Below, in pieces: positions 9,745 through 22,575 of a stretch of 64,000 nt of DNA. The stretch spans positions 103,974,001-104,038,000 of the forward strand of contig NC_043004.1 of assembly GCF_006345805.1 (NCBI RefSeq). Direction: 5' to 3'. Within the stretch, counting starts at the first letter, position 1; every line of letters begins with the position of its first letter. Below the pieces are notes generated by a model. That model saw only the letters and a list, made by a program, of their open reading frames with translations. It did no database searches and was not told where the DNA came from. This stretch comes from Octopus sinensis (lineage: Eukaryota). The translations under genes and the position numbers were made by a program.

Positions 9745-12595
9745 TTTATTTTTTTTTCTTCTTTCAAAGTTGCTTCCATTTCTTGCCGAGTGTCTTCCTG
9801 ACTCCTAGGGCAAAGAAACTCACAGTATACATTGGTAGGCCATTAAACTGAACTCACTAGTTCGTTCATTTTTTTTTTTTGATAGAAATAAAGTTAAATT
9901 AAAATATACATGGGTAGTAATAGTTCTCACATCGACAATGCACTTCTCAATACGTGTGATGTACCAGTTAAGACAATCTTTTGCACTTCTTGCAGGGATG
10001 GTAAGCCAGGGATCATTCTCATATAATTTTCGGTTCCCTTCTTGATCATTCCTAGTGCTCCTACGATCACTGGTATTGTAACCGCCTTGAGATGCCACAT
10101 TTTCTCAATTTCAATGAGCAGGTCTATTTTCTGAGCTTGTCAAACTCTTTCGCCAGATATTATGATCACAGGGGATGCTCATGTCGATCAATAAGCAAAC
10201 TTTATTGTTTTGGTCTTTCACACAACATATCTGGTTTATTGGCTTTGATGGTTCGGTCTGTATGTACTGGAAAGTCCCACAGAATCGTTCATTTTCTCCT
10301 TCAGTTACAGCTCAGGTTGGTGATTATACCACTTGTCGGTAGTTTTGATATTGTAATGCCGACTTATTAGCCAGTGTAGATATTGGCCAACCCTGTCATG
10401 TCTTAATTTATACTCCACTGGTACTAAGACTTTACATCCAGAGATTAGGTGGTCCACTGTTTCAATCATGTCGTTGCAGAATCGGCATTTTGGGTCTGCT
10501 CCATTTTCCATCACATTGGCCTAGTAGTTCCGGGTTAATAGGCTTTGATCTTGAGCAGCCAGGATGAAACCTTCGCTCTCTGCTTTTAGCCGAGCTCCGT
10601 GGCCACTGATGGGTTTGCGTCTGGTCAACATCAGCTTGTTTGCTGCGGGCCACATATTTGCCGTGCAGAGGTTTCTCCTCCCACCCATAAGCCAATTGCT
10701 CGTGCGCTTTTTTCGTTGCCATTATTTTCACCTTCTTTGCAACAATAGTTGCCGTACTTCTCTCGGATTGTTCAGTTTGGGTATCCTGCACGAGATCAAT
10801 AGCAAATTTTTTGCTTTCCTTTATGATAGAATGAAGCTTCTTTCGTCTCTCGTGATTTTCCACGAGCTTTAGCATCCAGTCATTCGTTATTTCAAGATAT
10901 TTGGCCAGTCCAATTGTGGTTGTTTTGTAAGCTAGTTCAAATTGGATCAGGCCTCGACCTCCTTGGGCTCTGGGAAGGTAAAGGCGATCTACGTCTGCCT
11001 TTGGGTGGTGCATCCTATTACAACTCAGCAGCTTGCGTATTTTCCTATTTATATTCTTTACTTCACTTATATTCCAGTTCAACACATTGTAGCTATGAGT
11101 AACAACTGTAACTGCTAAGGAATTTATAGCTAACACCTTGTTACGTGCATTTAGTTCAGATTTCAGGACTGCACGAACTCTCCTATAACATTCCTTCCTG
11201 ATCTTCTCTTTCATGCTTGCATGCTAAATACCAGAGCCTTCATTTATCCCTAAATATTTGTATGTTTGTTCTTGCTCAAGCTCTCTTATGACTGTGTCAA
11301 CATCTAACACGACTGAATTTGTGGTCTTCACTTTCCCTTTCTGGAAAGTGGCCTTGGCACACTTCTCAAGTCCAAACTCCATCTCTATGTCATCGCTGAA
11401 TGCTTTCACAGTGCGCAATAGGCTTCAAGTTCATTATTGTCTTACCATAGAGTTTTAAGTCATCCATATAAAATAGATGGCTTGTTTTTTTATTGGCAAT
11501 TTTATACCCATACCCTGTTCTGTTTAATTCACTTGTAAGGGGTATTAGGGCTATGCAGAATATTAAGGTGAAAGTGAGTCACCTTGAAAAATTCCACAGT
11601 TGATGTTTATATTTTCTGAGGCAAGTACTCCATTTGAGTGGTATAATTGGAGATTCGTATTCCACAACGACATATTGTGCTTCAGGAAGCTTGAAATCAC
11701 AGGGGAAATTTTGAAGATGTCCAGCGATCTCAAGATCCATGGATACGGTATACTGTCGAAGGCCTTTTTATAGTCAATCCATGCGGAGCTGAGATTTCTG
11801 CGCTTATTGTGACAGTTCTCAAGGATCATACAATTAATTAGCAGTTGATCTTTGCATCGGTATGAGCCTCGGCGGCACCCTTTTTGTTCAGTGGGGGAAA
11901 ATATCGTTCTTCTCCATGAATGCATATGTTTTCTCCGCCAGGATAGATGTTTTATACGTGGTGGATAGACAGGTTATAGGCCGATAGTTTTTTGGAAGGT
12001 TGGTTTCGTTATTCTTTGGGAGTAGGTAAGTAATACCACTTGCTAACCATTCAGGTGTTTTCTTTGGGTCTCTCATAATTCCATTGAGCAGCTGAACTAG
12101 CTTACCGTGTGCGCATGGAAGCGATGCGAGCCAGAAATTCGGCACCCTCTTTACGGGGGATTTCCAATTATGGGCCTTCGTGAGTGCCTTTCTTAGGTCT
12201 GCTATTGTGATGTCTTCCCATGCTTGTTGTAAATTTTGGTAGAATCCTTCAGTTTGTATAATCCAGTCTGCATTTATGTTGTACGTCTTCTTGTCACTCC
12301 AAATCCTTTTCCAAAAGTTTTGAACTTCTTCCATGGGAGGGGGGTCTTTAACGGTTACTTTCTTCTTCCCTATTTCTCTGTAGAATTTTTTGGCATTGGA
12401 TGTGAACAGCTTATTTTGCTTGTAAAACTTGTTTCTCTTCTCAAATCTTCGTATTCTTTGGGCTTTTGCTTGGACTTTTTGTTTCAGCGTTTCTTTTATT
12501 GATATCAGTTCTTCTCTTGGTGAGGATCCAAATTTTATCTTCATCTTTCTTCCTGTTCTGGATCTTACATCATTTCCGCATATTAGTTCATTTAA
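9745..12595 (-). mobile_element. R4/Dong-clade non-LTR retrotransposon, 5'-truncated and frameshifted (RT + CCHC + restriction-like endonuclease)
   Basis: RT motifs NYRPITCLSTTYK, QKGCRRGSYRCKDQL, WIDYKKAFDSI, GIFQGDSLSP and SHLFYMDDLKLY. Post-RT motif ADVDRLYLPRAQGGRGL. Zinc knuckle CRFCNDMIETVDHLISGC. RLE motifs NKPD..IDMSIPCD and IPVIVGALGMI. A-rich 3' tail near 9745, and the 5' end abuts (TAA)n. Confidence 0.93.
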
Positions 12596-12659
12596 TATTA
12601 TTATTATTATTAGCATCTTCATATTTTTTTGTTAATCTGTCACTTATTCTGTCGGTCTA

Positions 12660-13050
12660 TTCTGCCAAATCGGTCATTCCCACTGTGTGGCACCTTGGGC
12701 AAGTGATTCTACTATAGCCTCGGGCCGACCAAAGCCTTGTGAGTGGATTTGGTAGACGGAAACTGAAAAAAACCCGTCGTATATATATATATGTATGTAT
12801 GTGCGTGTATGTGTTTGCGTGTATCTGTTTGCGTGTCTGTGTTTGCGTGTCTGTGTTTGTCCCCCCCCCGACATCGTTTGACAACCGATGCTGGTGTGTT
12901 TACGCCCCCGTCACTTAGCGGTTCGGCAAGAGAGACCGATAGAATAAGTACTAGGCTTACAAAGAATAAGTCCTGGGGTCGATTTGCTCGACTAAAGGCG
13001 GTGCTCCAGCATGGCCACAGTCAAATGACTGAAACAAGTAAAAGAGTAAA
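12660..13050 (+). mobile_element. SINE family B (CORE-like), near full length
   Basis: CCCACTGTGTGGCACCTTGGGCAAGTG..CTATAGCCTCGGGCCGACCAAAGCCTTGTGAGTGGATTTGGTAGACGGAAACTG, internal (TG)n, and tail GCATGGCCACAGTCAAATGACTGAAACAAGTAAAAGAG. CCTTGGGCAAGT resembles the CORE-SINE domain. Confidence 0.9.
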
Positions 13051-13204
13051 AGAGAGTGCGTGTGTTTATTATGAGCATAATGACCCTTTCAAAATAAGTG
13101 AGATTGATTATTATAACAAAAGAGTTGTACAAGGCACAGGCTCTGTATTTTCAGGAAGTTTTAAATTTCAATGTTTTTTTTATCTATTATGCTTTTTTTT
13201 ATCT

Positions 13205-13600
13205 TTTACTTGTTTGTTATTAGACTGCGGTTATTCTGGAGCACCACCTTGAAGGGTTTCTTCTAACAGATATACTCCAGTATCTATTTTTAAGCCTGAT
13301 ACTCATTCCTTTGGTTACTTTTGGCGAATTGCTACGTGACGGGACGCAAACAAACCAACACTGGTTGACAAGCCATGGTGGGGAAAACACGCACGCGTGC
13401 ACAAACGCACACGCACAAACACACACATACACACACATATATTTATGACGGGCTACCACACAATTTTCGTCAACCAAATTCACTCACAAGGAATTGGTTG
13501 GTCGGTCCAGGACTATCTATAGTAGACTACTCTTTCCCAAAGTGCCACGCAGTGGTACCGAATCCGAAACCCATATGATTCCAAAGAGACGTTCTTTAAC
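13205..13600 (-). mobile_element. SINE family B, diverged copy
   Basis: Reverse-complement homology to 12660-13050 (GGAGCACCACCTTGAAGGG..CCAAATTCACTCACAAGG..CCCAAAGTGCCACGCAGTGG). The two copies form an inverted pair about 150 bp apart. Confidence 0.85.
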
Positions 13601-14029
13601 CATAATGTGGAGAAAATGGTTTTTTTTTTTAAATAGTGTTTTTTAATGATGACTAATTGAAGCGTGTAAATTTTACTTAAGAACAAAGCAACATTGTTTA
13701 TTAAAAATACATATATCAAAATTCAATATATTGATCTCTTGCATTGAATATTGATATCGAACTGAATGTAGTTCATTAAACATTTACATGATTTATATAG
13801 ATGCATATTTAATATTGTAATGTCAACCAAGTACTGGGTTGGGAAGCGATATGATCGAGTGTTCGCTCTCATTCCCCCCCCCCCAATCAACGCTACCCAC
13901 CTCACATCATGTGTGATTTTATCCCCCATGTTAGAAATCAATATTTTTGTCTTGATATTTATAAATACTATTTAGTTTCTCTAATTGTTTAAGTGAACAT
14001 GTCAATAATAATGATTTCAAATTTTAGTT

Positions 14030-14170
14030 CCAGGTCAGTAATTTTAGTGAAAGGGGTAAGTCGATTACATCGACCCCAGCCGTCAACTGGTATTTATTTT
14101 ATCGATCCAGAAAGAATTTGAACTCAGAACACTAGGGCGGACAAAATGCCGCTAACCATTTTTTATCCGC
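14030..14170 (-). mobile_element. SINE family A fragment
   Basis: GTCGATTACATCGACCCCAG..CAACTGGTATTTATTTTATCGA..TTTGAACTCAGAAC. Confidence 0.8.
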
Positions 14171-14181
14171 TAAGCATTTTA

Positions 14182-14236
<55 letters not shown>

Positions 14237-15595
14237 TAAGACAAGCATATTAAAAGATATCCATGGGAAAACTCATTTCAATAGAAGGGGTCCTTGGTAA
14301 TGAAAAAGTTGGGAACCACTGGTCTAAGTTATGCTTATTGTTTGATATAGATCAAAGGGGAATGAACTTTGTCGATTAAATTGACCCCCAATACTTGAAT
14401 ACTTTATTGTATCTCTTGACGAAAATAAAATAGAAAGCAGAGTTGACCTCTGAGAGATTTGCGGGGTGGGGTGGGGGGTGGGGGGAAAAAGGCAGTTTGA
14501 CCTTGTGTTTAATTGTATGAATAATATGTACAATTCTTCTTGAGCGGAGACTAAATCGAGAGTGAACTTGTTAAAATATTCCCAACATGAATTTAAATTG
14601 ATCGGAATTTGTTGTCAATGCGGGAAGACTATTATGTGATGACATTCATTCATTTGCTCCTTATGTATCGCTTGGAGTTTCCATTCTACTGGATTATCTA
14701 GATGTGGTATTCATTTACCATTTGTGACGAGGGCATCAGGTATCAGGTGATCACCCCACAATGTTTCTACAACCAAAAATCCTGTAAGTTATTTTTAATA
14801 ACACCAATCAAGAACTAATGAGTGTCCAGCTAGAATGTTGATGACCAGCGGGGTCAAAAATAAAAACAATTATCATAAATAACTGAACCAAGAGTAACAT
14901 CTGTTTCAAAAAGCTAATGATACTTTCAAGTCTTTTAATGTATTGTATGACAAAATGAGTTGGCAGAATCGTTAGCGCGTCGAACAAAGTGCTTAAAGGC
15001 TATTCTTCCGACTCTCTACGGTTTTGAGTTCAACTCCCACCGAGGAACAAGTCGATTATACCGAGCCCAATATATGACTTGTAGTTTATTTAATCGATCT
15101 CGAAAATAAGGAAAGGCAACTTTCATGCATTCCTTTCCTCAAAACTGCTGCCCCTAAACTCTGTAAGGACCGGTGTCCCCTTAAAGGATGGGTGGTGTGT
15201 GTTATGAAGTCGGTCATCTACACGCTACAGAAACTGGGTTAACCGACCTTAGATTCCAAGGATTCACAACAACAGTAAAAAAAAATGGATTCCACAAAGC
15301 GGTTACTAGCATATGTTCAAATGATGTTATTAACACCTTAAAACAAAGAGGAAAAGTTCATGACAACTGTAGGAGTTACAAGAAAAATAATAATAAATAA
15401 ATAGATAGATATAAAAATAAATGTAACGGTATGGTAAGAAGTTTGTTTCCCAACCACACGGCCCCAGGTTCAGTCTCACAATGTTCACCTTTGGCAAGTG
15501 TCTTCTATCAAATCTGGGGACGACCCAAGCCGTAAGAGCAAATCAAGTAGACGGAAACTGAAATATATATATATATATATATATTATATACGACC

Positions 15596-15795
15596 GCGTG
15601 TGTACCGTTGACGATCTTTTTTCCTCCGTCTTCCCTTCTCTGGATCTTTCCTTTTCCTATGTTTCTGACGAAGAGCTCCGCTCGAAACGTAAATCCCTCC
15701 TTCTTCCCTTCCTTCCTGAGCGCCCAATAATACCATATTTCTTCCACGTCTCACGTTGTTGTGTTTTCTGTGTGTTTTCATGTTTGGATTAACTA
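15596..15795 (+). mobile_element. Short pyrimidine-rich repeat with an intact hammerhead catalytic core (Penelope-type terminus)
   Basis: CTGACGA (15665-15671), A, stem II GAGC-tcc-GCTC, GAAA (15684-15687), CGTA. Bounded by (TA)n on both sides. Confidence 0.65.
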
Positions 15796-15835
15796 TATAT
15801 ATATATATATATATTATATAATATATATATAATAT

Positions 15836-15879
<44 letters not shown>

Positions 15880-16167
15880 GATATATATATATAATGTTAA
15901 ACAGGACAGCAAGTATTCTGAATTTCTTCCTATAATAACATTGTATACAATTTCTTCCTGTAATAATATTGTATATGATTTGAGATGTTTGCCTTGCCTT
16001 AATGTTTGCTGTCTTGTTTAACAATTATATATATCCGCTGCATCGGAAATCTGCAATGGCTCCATAACTACCGTCTCGGCTATAACCTTGGAACCCCAGT
16101 AATCCGTTACAGCACTTACCTAGCGTACCTAATCGTTTAGATCACCTGTGAACTACACCCCCATACG

Positions 16168-16928
16168 TTGTATGTATGTATGTATGTATGTATGTATGTA
16201 TGTATGTATGTGTGTATGTGTATGTATGTATGAATGAATGAATGTATGTATGTATGTATGTATGTATGTATGTATGTATGTGTGTGTATGTATGTATGTG
16301 TGTGTATGTATGTGTGTGTATATGTGTGTATGTATGTATGTATGTGTGTGTATGTATGTGTATATGTGTGTGTGTATGTATGTATGTTTGTATATGTATG
16401 TATGTATGTATGATGGTGTGTGTATGTATGTATGTAATGTATGGTGGTGTGTATGTATGTATTTATTTATGTATGTGTGTGAATGTATGTATGTATGTAT
16501 GTTGTATGTATGTATGTATGTATGTGTGTATGTATGTATGTGTGTGTGTGTATGTATGTATGTATGTATGTATGTGTGTGTATGTATGTATGTATGTATG
16601 TGTGTGTGTATGTATGTATGTATGTATGTATGTATGAATGAATGAATGTATGTATGTATGTATGTATGTATGAAAGTATGTATGTATGTATGTATGTATG
16701 TATGAATGAATGAATGAATAAATGTATGTATGTATGTATGTATGTATGTGTGTGTGTATGTATTGTATGTATGTATGTATGTATTATGAATGAATGAATG
16801 AATGTATGTATGTATGTATGTATGTGTGTGTGTATGTATGTATGTATGTATGTATGTATGAATGAATGAATGTATGTATGTATGTATATATGTATGTGTG
16901 TGTGTGTATGTATGTATGTATGTATGTA

Positions 16929-16959
<31 letters not shown>

Positions 16960-17195
16960 ATGTATGAATGAATGAATGTATGTATGTATGTATGTATGAA
17001 TGAATGAATGAATGTATGTATGTATGTATGTATGTATGTGTGTGTGTGTATGTATGTATGTATGTATGTATGTATGTATGTATGTATGTATGAATGAATG
17101 AATGTATATATGTATGTATGTATGAATGAATGAATGTATGTATGTATGTATGTATGAATGAATGAATGTATGTATGTATGTATTTATGTATGCTT
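16168..17195. repeat. ~1-kb (TATG)n/(TGAA)n/(TG)n compound microsatellite
   Basis: Direct reading. Confidence 0.98.
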
Positions 17196-17399
17196 ACTAC
17201 GTGTCCATAAATTACCTTTACAATTTGAAACGCTTAGAAAATATGAAAACTAAGGATAACTCAGCAGAGTTTATTGGAAAACAGGCAAAGCAAATAACGT
17301 GTTTTTTTAGAAACATCTGAACACTTCCACGGGAGCTCCATTGGTTGCTCGTAACAAATCTACAAGATGTAACGATAATTTATGAACACTTGTTTCCTC

Positions 17400-17525
17400 A
17401 ACACCGAAAGGAAGAAAGGCAAAGTCGAACTCGGCGAAATTTGAACTCGGAGCGTAGAGACGGATTAAATGCCGCTAAGCATTTTTTTTATCCGGCGTGC
17501 TAACAGTTCTATAGGCTTGCTGCCT
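17400..17525 (-). mobile_element. SINE family A, 5' half
   Basis: AAAGGCAAAGTCGAACTCGGCGAAATTTGAACTC..AATGCCGCTAAGCATTTTT..CCGGCGTGCTAAC. Confidence 0.85.
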
Positions 17526-18288
17526 TAACAACCTATGTCTAATAATAAAGATGTGCTCCATTCTCTGTCCTTTTGTATTATACACAAACACGAAAGTTTT
17601 GCCTGTTCACATCAAAAGACACTGTAAAGAAGTCTTCAGATATATTAAGAGATATAACTTTGTGCTCGGACATCGTTACCTTTGTAATTTAAAAGGTTTT
17701 ACTTCCTCCACCCTAGCAATTAATGAACTAAAGAAGTTAAATGCCATTTTATAGGGACCGCTTTTTATACAGACGCCAAGGGTCAGCATACTTTACCTTG
17801 ATTCGGCCCCGCAAACAAAGAAAACATTGCAAAGAATATAATTAGGGTCACCGTAAATTAACCTGTCTCTGTATCTTTTGCTGATAGAACACACACAAAC
17901 ACACACCTGCTTCTCCTTCTCTTTCTCTGTCTGTCCGTCTGTCTCTCACACATGCATATATACACACACACACATAAATTCACACGTACAGTCACATTAG
18001 TGTCATACATATGTGTGTGAGTGTGCGTGTGTGTGTGTGTGTGTGCATGCGTATATGTATGCATGTATGTATGCATGTATGTATGCATGCATGCATGCAT
18101 GTATGTATGTATGTATGTATGTATGTAGCTACCTTTTTGTGATCAGTGTTTCTAGTTTCTGAGAAAGAAAAAAAAATGAGCTATCATTTAGTGGAACATA
18201 TAAAATAGCTAAAGCTCAGAATCGAAAGCGATTTTAAAAATGAAAGGAATACTTCTTGAAAAATAACAACAGCAGCAGCAACCGCAAT

Positions 18289-18325
<37 letters not shown>

Positions 18326-18334
18326 GTAACAACA

Positions 18335-18535
18335 GGAGGCGCAATGGCCTAGTGGTTAGGGCAGCGGATTCGCGGTTGTAAGAACGCGGTTTCGATTCCC
18401 AGACAATGCATTGTGAGAGTTTATTGAGCAAAAACACCAAAGCTCCACGAGGTTCCAGCAGCGGGGTGAGTGGGGTGAACCCCGCTGTACTCTTTCACCA
18501 CAACTTTCTCTCACTCTTTCTTCCTACTTCTGTCA
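18335..18535 (+). mobile_element. SINE family C, 5' part
   Basis: GGAGGCGCAATGGCCTAGTGGTTAGGGCAGCGGATTCGCGG..GGTTTCGATTCCCAGAC..AAAGCTCCACGAGG. Confidence 0.88.
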
Positions 18536-18539
18536 CAAA

Positions 18540-18805
18540 GCAGAGGAACCATGGTGTAACCCAATATGGTGTGGTAAATTTTCAGACCCTAGTCTAGATT
18601 GCGAATCCTCTGTACCCCAGGATGGTTCAACTCTCCACCCGTTAAAAAGCCACCGTTTACGGAATGAGGATAACAACGTAGCTTCCGCACCCGTGCAACC
18701 GCCAGTATATTGCGTGTGGTGGGGTGGATCTTCAAGTTGCCACACGCATTCTTAGTAGCTTAGAGTAGGCTCGAATTAGAGATTATTCTTTGTGGATAAT
18801 GGCGT
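18540..18805 (-). mobile_element. Possible RTE-type LINE 5' UTR fragment starting from (TTC)n
   Basis: Unique moderately GC-rich block directly following the (TTC)n tract on the minus strand. It contains TTTTTAACGGGTGGAGAGTTG, reminiscent of RTE 5' UTRs (recall only). Confidence 0.3.
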
Positions 18806-18807
18806 GA

Positions 18808-18920
18808 GTCTGATTGGAAGAAGAAGAAGAAGAAGAAAGAAGAAGAAGAAGAAGAAGAAGAAGAAGAAGAAGAAGAAGAAGAAGAAGAAGAAGAGAAGAA
18901 GAGGAAGAAGAAGAAGACAG
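18808..18920. repeat. (GAA)n microsatellite
   Basis: Direct reading. Confidence 0.97.
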
Positions 18921-19492
18921 CAACAACAAGTAGCCAAATTTCCTTATAATTGCGCGTTATTTCCTTTAATAGAATTTCACGCTCATTAATATAGACCGAG
19001 GTGTGCAATGCGTGAGAGGAGGACTAGGGAGTTATGGCTGAAACGATTTTGATAATAGATCAAGATCGATCGGGGATGACCTGTCACTACACAACAACAA
19101 CTACTTCTACTACATCAAGAAACTACGAAGGGTTATGTAGAAAAGACCGTTGACACCCAAGATGGCTGGTTATAGCTGCGGTTACTGGATTCGAGCCTCC
19201 GATCCGTCTCCCCATTTTTTCTTTTCATTGGCTTTGTCTACTGGAAGGACCCCGTGGCAATGTCTTTCACTTGTTCTTCAAGGAATGTGACGTTTATGGG
19301 GGTCAATGCTCCTGTTGTTTGTTGCAAGTTGACAACAAGCTCATTTAGCAACCAAGTAGTTTCGGGTTCAGTTCTAACGTGTGGGGCCCGGGGCGTGTAA
19401 GTGTATTATATCATAGCCTGGCTCGATCAATGTCTCGACTGCAGAAAATGAGTGGCTACCTGTCGTCTAAATATTATATATATATATATATA

Positions 19493-19543
<51 letters not shown>

Positions 19544-19562
19544 TATATATATATATATTATA

Positions 19563-19594
<32 letters not shown>

Positions 19595-19971
19595 GGTGTG
19601 TGGTGGTGTGTGTGTGTGTGTGTGTGGTGCGCGTGCCCGCGCGTGTGTATCTGACTTTCTGAATGTCTTTCTTTCGTAACCAGTCCTACGGCACATTTTC
19701 ATTTTCCTTTGCGTTACCCCATATCCACGGTCTACATGTTTTTTTTTTTTGGTTATATATGTATATTTCATTTTGTCACGGTTGTTTTCGTCATTGTCTT
19801 GTACGTACGATGGCTATTCCCAGAGGCTTTTCAACACTGGCGCCACCAAAAGTGAATAATACCAACGTTAAAAGTGCGAAATTGTAATGATCTTTTGGTC
19901 GTTGAGTGATGGAGATTTAGCTACAAATTTTCTGTTTCTTAAAATTTTCCGTTTGTGTTAAATTTTTGAAA

Positions 19972-20013
<42 letters not shown>

Positions 20014-20139
20014 TTTATTCCTGCTTGACAACCGATGAAGTATAATACATAGAGAAGAGAATCCCCAACTATTCAACAGTAGTTTTCATTAATCAATATA
20101 AATCAATGACTAAAACTTTTTGACTTCCTGTTATTTGCA

Positions 20140-20400
20140 TTTGTATTTGTGTAACATTTCTCCGTTTTTATTTTTCGTCCTTGTTTTCGTATACATTCGC
20201 TGCTTTCTTCCAAGGAATCTAGTGCTCTTAGTTTAGTTTTTCCTTGAGGCTGGCCACATTGGAGCAATCTCGAATATAACCAGCCGAAATTGCAAAGATA
20301 ACCTGGAACTCGACTTAGGAAAGAAATCTCCGAATGACCCGTCCTTGTTTTCTTTGTATCGTTGTCTGGATGTTTTGCGTTCTTGTCCCATTTTTGTATT
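20140..20400 (+). mobile_element. Penelope-type terminal repeat fragment with hammerhead remnant
   Basis: Stem GGCTGG..CCAGCC immediately followed by GAAA (20286-20289). The upstream CUGANGA core is decayed to CTTGAG. The stem resembles the GGCTG/CAGCC stem II of the 54094 hammerhead. Confidence 0.4.
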
Positions 20401-20599
20401 TTATATATATATATATATAAACACACACACGCACACACACATACACGCACACATATATCATTCTCTCTCTGTTAATCTTCTCTTGTTCCTTTCTGCTGCG
20501 TCAAACCAATACACTTGCTTGTTCTTCACACACCTGTCTTCGTCTTTTGTTTTTCAATAAATTTCAACCATATGTATGGATGGATGGATGGATGTATGT

Positions 20600-20818
20600 A
20601 TGTATCTATGTGTGTGTCTTTGTGTCTGTGGTTGTCCCCCATCACCGCTTGTTGGTGTTTACATACCCGTACCTTAACGGTTCGGTAAAAGAGATCGATA
20701 GAATAAGTACAGTACTTTAAAACAAAAACAAGTCCTGGCGTCGATTTGCTCGACTAAAACCCGCCAAGGTGGTGCTCCAGTATGGCCGCCGTCAAATGAC
20801 TGTGACAAGTAAAAGAAT
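20600..20818 (+). mobile_element. SINE family B, 3' half
   Basis: CGGTTCGGTAAAAGAGATCGATAGAATAAGTAC..GTCGATTTGCTCGACTAAAAC..GTGCTCCAGTATGGCCG..AATGACTG. Confidence 0.88.
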
Positions 20819-21608
20819 GAATGCCGAACAGGGTCCGCCGTCTCGTCGTCTTTAGACAGTTCACTCATGAATTCATTTATTGTAATGCTTCCGATCTTGT
20901 TCTTCCTCTGTGAATGAGGAAGACAGATAATGTGGTATTGCCATTTTGGTGCGGTCAAGTATGATATACAAGGATTTGTTGTTTTTTGCAAAATGCTACA
21001 AATCCACGCATTTTTTTATTTGTTTGTTTCTTGTTGTTTTGAGGATGGGATGAATAGACTTCTCTTTATTTTAAATTCCTTAATTACAGAATGGGGTTAA
21101 ATGAAAAACAATAGAGTAGCGAAAGGAGTGACGTGAGACGATTTCGTCTGGCGGACCAGCTAGTCTAGAGGAGTAGAGGATGTTGTAGTAACAACAGAAT
21201 AAGAAGGGAAAGAGAGAAGACAGTATATTCAGTGAAGCAGTACAATTTCGGAAAATGTAAAAATAGAAATATAAAAAGGAAAAACGAAAAATAAATATGG
21301 AACAGTAAGTCAATAAGTAGAGGAAAGCGAAAACTGGAACAGGCGCCAGCACTTGACTTCATTTCTTATTCACTCCGGAAGGTTGGAATGTATATGTCGA
21401 TCTCAGCGGAATTTGAACTTAAAATCAAAAAGGCGTCATGAAATACGACAAGGCATTCAGTTTAACTTTCGATTGTGAACGTTGTAAGACAAAAGATAAA
21501 ATGCGAGAAAGATTGTTTGTTGTTCTGCGCCAATTCAGTCCTGGACATCAATCATCAAAAACATCCCAACCAAGAACATATATATATATATATTAGAAAA
21601 AATATTTG

Positions 21609-21728
21609 TATTAACATGTCACATATTTTTATAAATCATATATTAGCGCTTGCAACTACTCTGAAGAATCTACTAGAGTAGATGCAAGCGCTAATATATG
21701 ATTTATAAAAACATGTGACGTATTAATA
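21609..21728. repeat. Near-perfect palindrome, 54-bp arms, 12-nt loop
   Basis: Left arm TATTAACATGTCACATATTTTTATAAATCATATATTAGCGCTTGCAACTACTCT versus the reverse complement of 21675-21728: 4 mismatches in 54. TTAA lies at both outer ends. Confidence 0.93.
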
Positions 21729-21811
21729 AAAGTCTGTAAATGTACAACCATCCAGATTTCTGAGTACCTTATTTTTTCTAATATATAATACCTGTACATC
21801 ACCTCCAAACC

Positions 21812-21879
<68 letters not shown>

Positions 21880-21971
21880 TTACAATATATATATATATCT
21901 ATATATATATATATATAAACACACACACACATATACACATACATACATACATACATACATACATACATACA

Positions 21972-22003
<32 letters not shown>

Positions 22004-22060
22004 AATGAGCAGAGAAGCGAAAAACAGGCACTCAACACATTTATTGGGAATTACATGTAT

Positions 22061-22170
22061 GGATCAAAACAGCTTGATTCAAAGTCCTTGGTACTCTGAG
22101 TTTCAAGCGGGATTAGTATCAAGCTTGAAGCTTAATGTACCAAGGAGTTTGAATCAAACTGTTTTGATCC
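22061..22170. repeat. Near-perfect palindrome, 34-bp outer arms plus a 10-bp inner stem
   Basis: GGATCAAAACAGCTTGATTCAAAGTCCTTGGTAC pairs with GTACCAAGGAGTTTGAATCAAACTGTTTTGATCC (2 mismatches). Inner stem AGTTTCAAGC / GCTTGAAGCT, 14-nt loop. Confidence 0.92.
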
Positions 22171-22178
22171 TTATATAT

Positions 22179-22575
22179 ACTAGCAGTATCGCCCGGCGTT
22201 GCTCGGGTTTGTAAGGGAAATAACTATATAAGCATTTTTAGAGATGTAAAGTATAATAGCCATCTCAATATGGCTAACCACAAAGGGGAGGGGGGTTTTA
22301 CTGTAGCTTTATACGTTCTGAGATTTAATAATACATTTTTAGAGAGTTACTTCCCTTATATAATAGCAAAAAAATGCATTAAAAATGGGAAAACATGATG
22401 GTAAATTTTTTTTTAATCGTAGACTCATCGTAGACGCGCGCTAATACCCAGAAGGGCTCAATATGAATCACGACTATAAGATACCCGCTTTTGGTTACAC
22501 TGCACCGCAAAATGTGGGAGTAGTTAGGAATCTAAATCGTATGAGACAGACACACAACTTCACTTTTATATATAA

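Noticed and set aside
16095-16150. Minus-strand 26-nt microexon candidate (CACAG|GTGATC..CTAG|GTAAGT)
   Set aside because: Stops occur in all three frames and the length is not a multiple of 3.
20820-21000. Minus-strand short frames (..MAIPHYLSSSFTEEEQDRKHYNK*; 105-aa ORF 20674-20991)
   Set aside because: No recognisable domain, weak splice signals, and the long ORF runs into SINE sequence.
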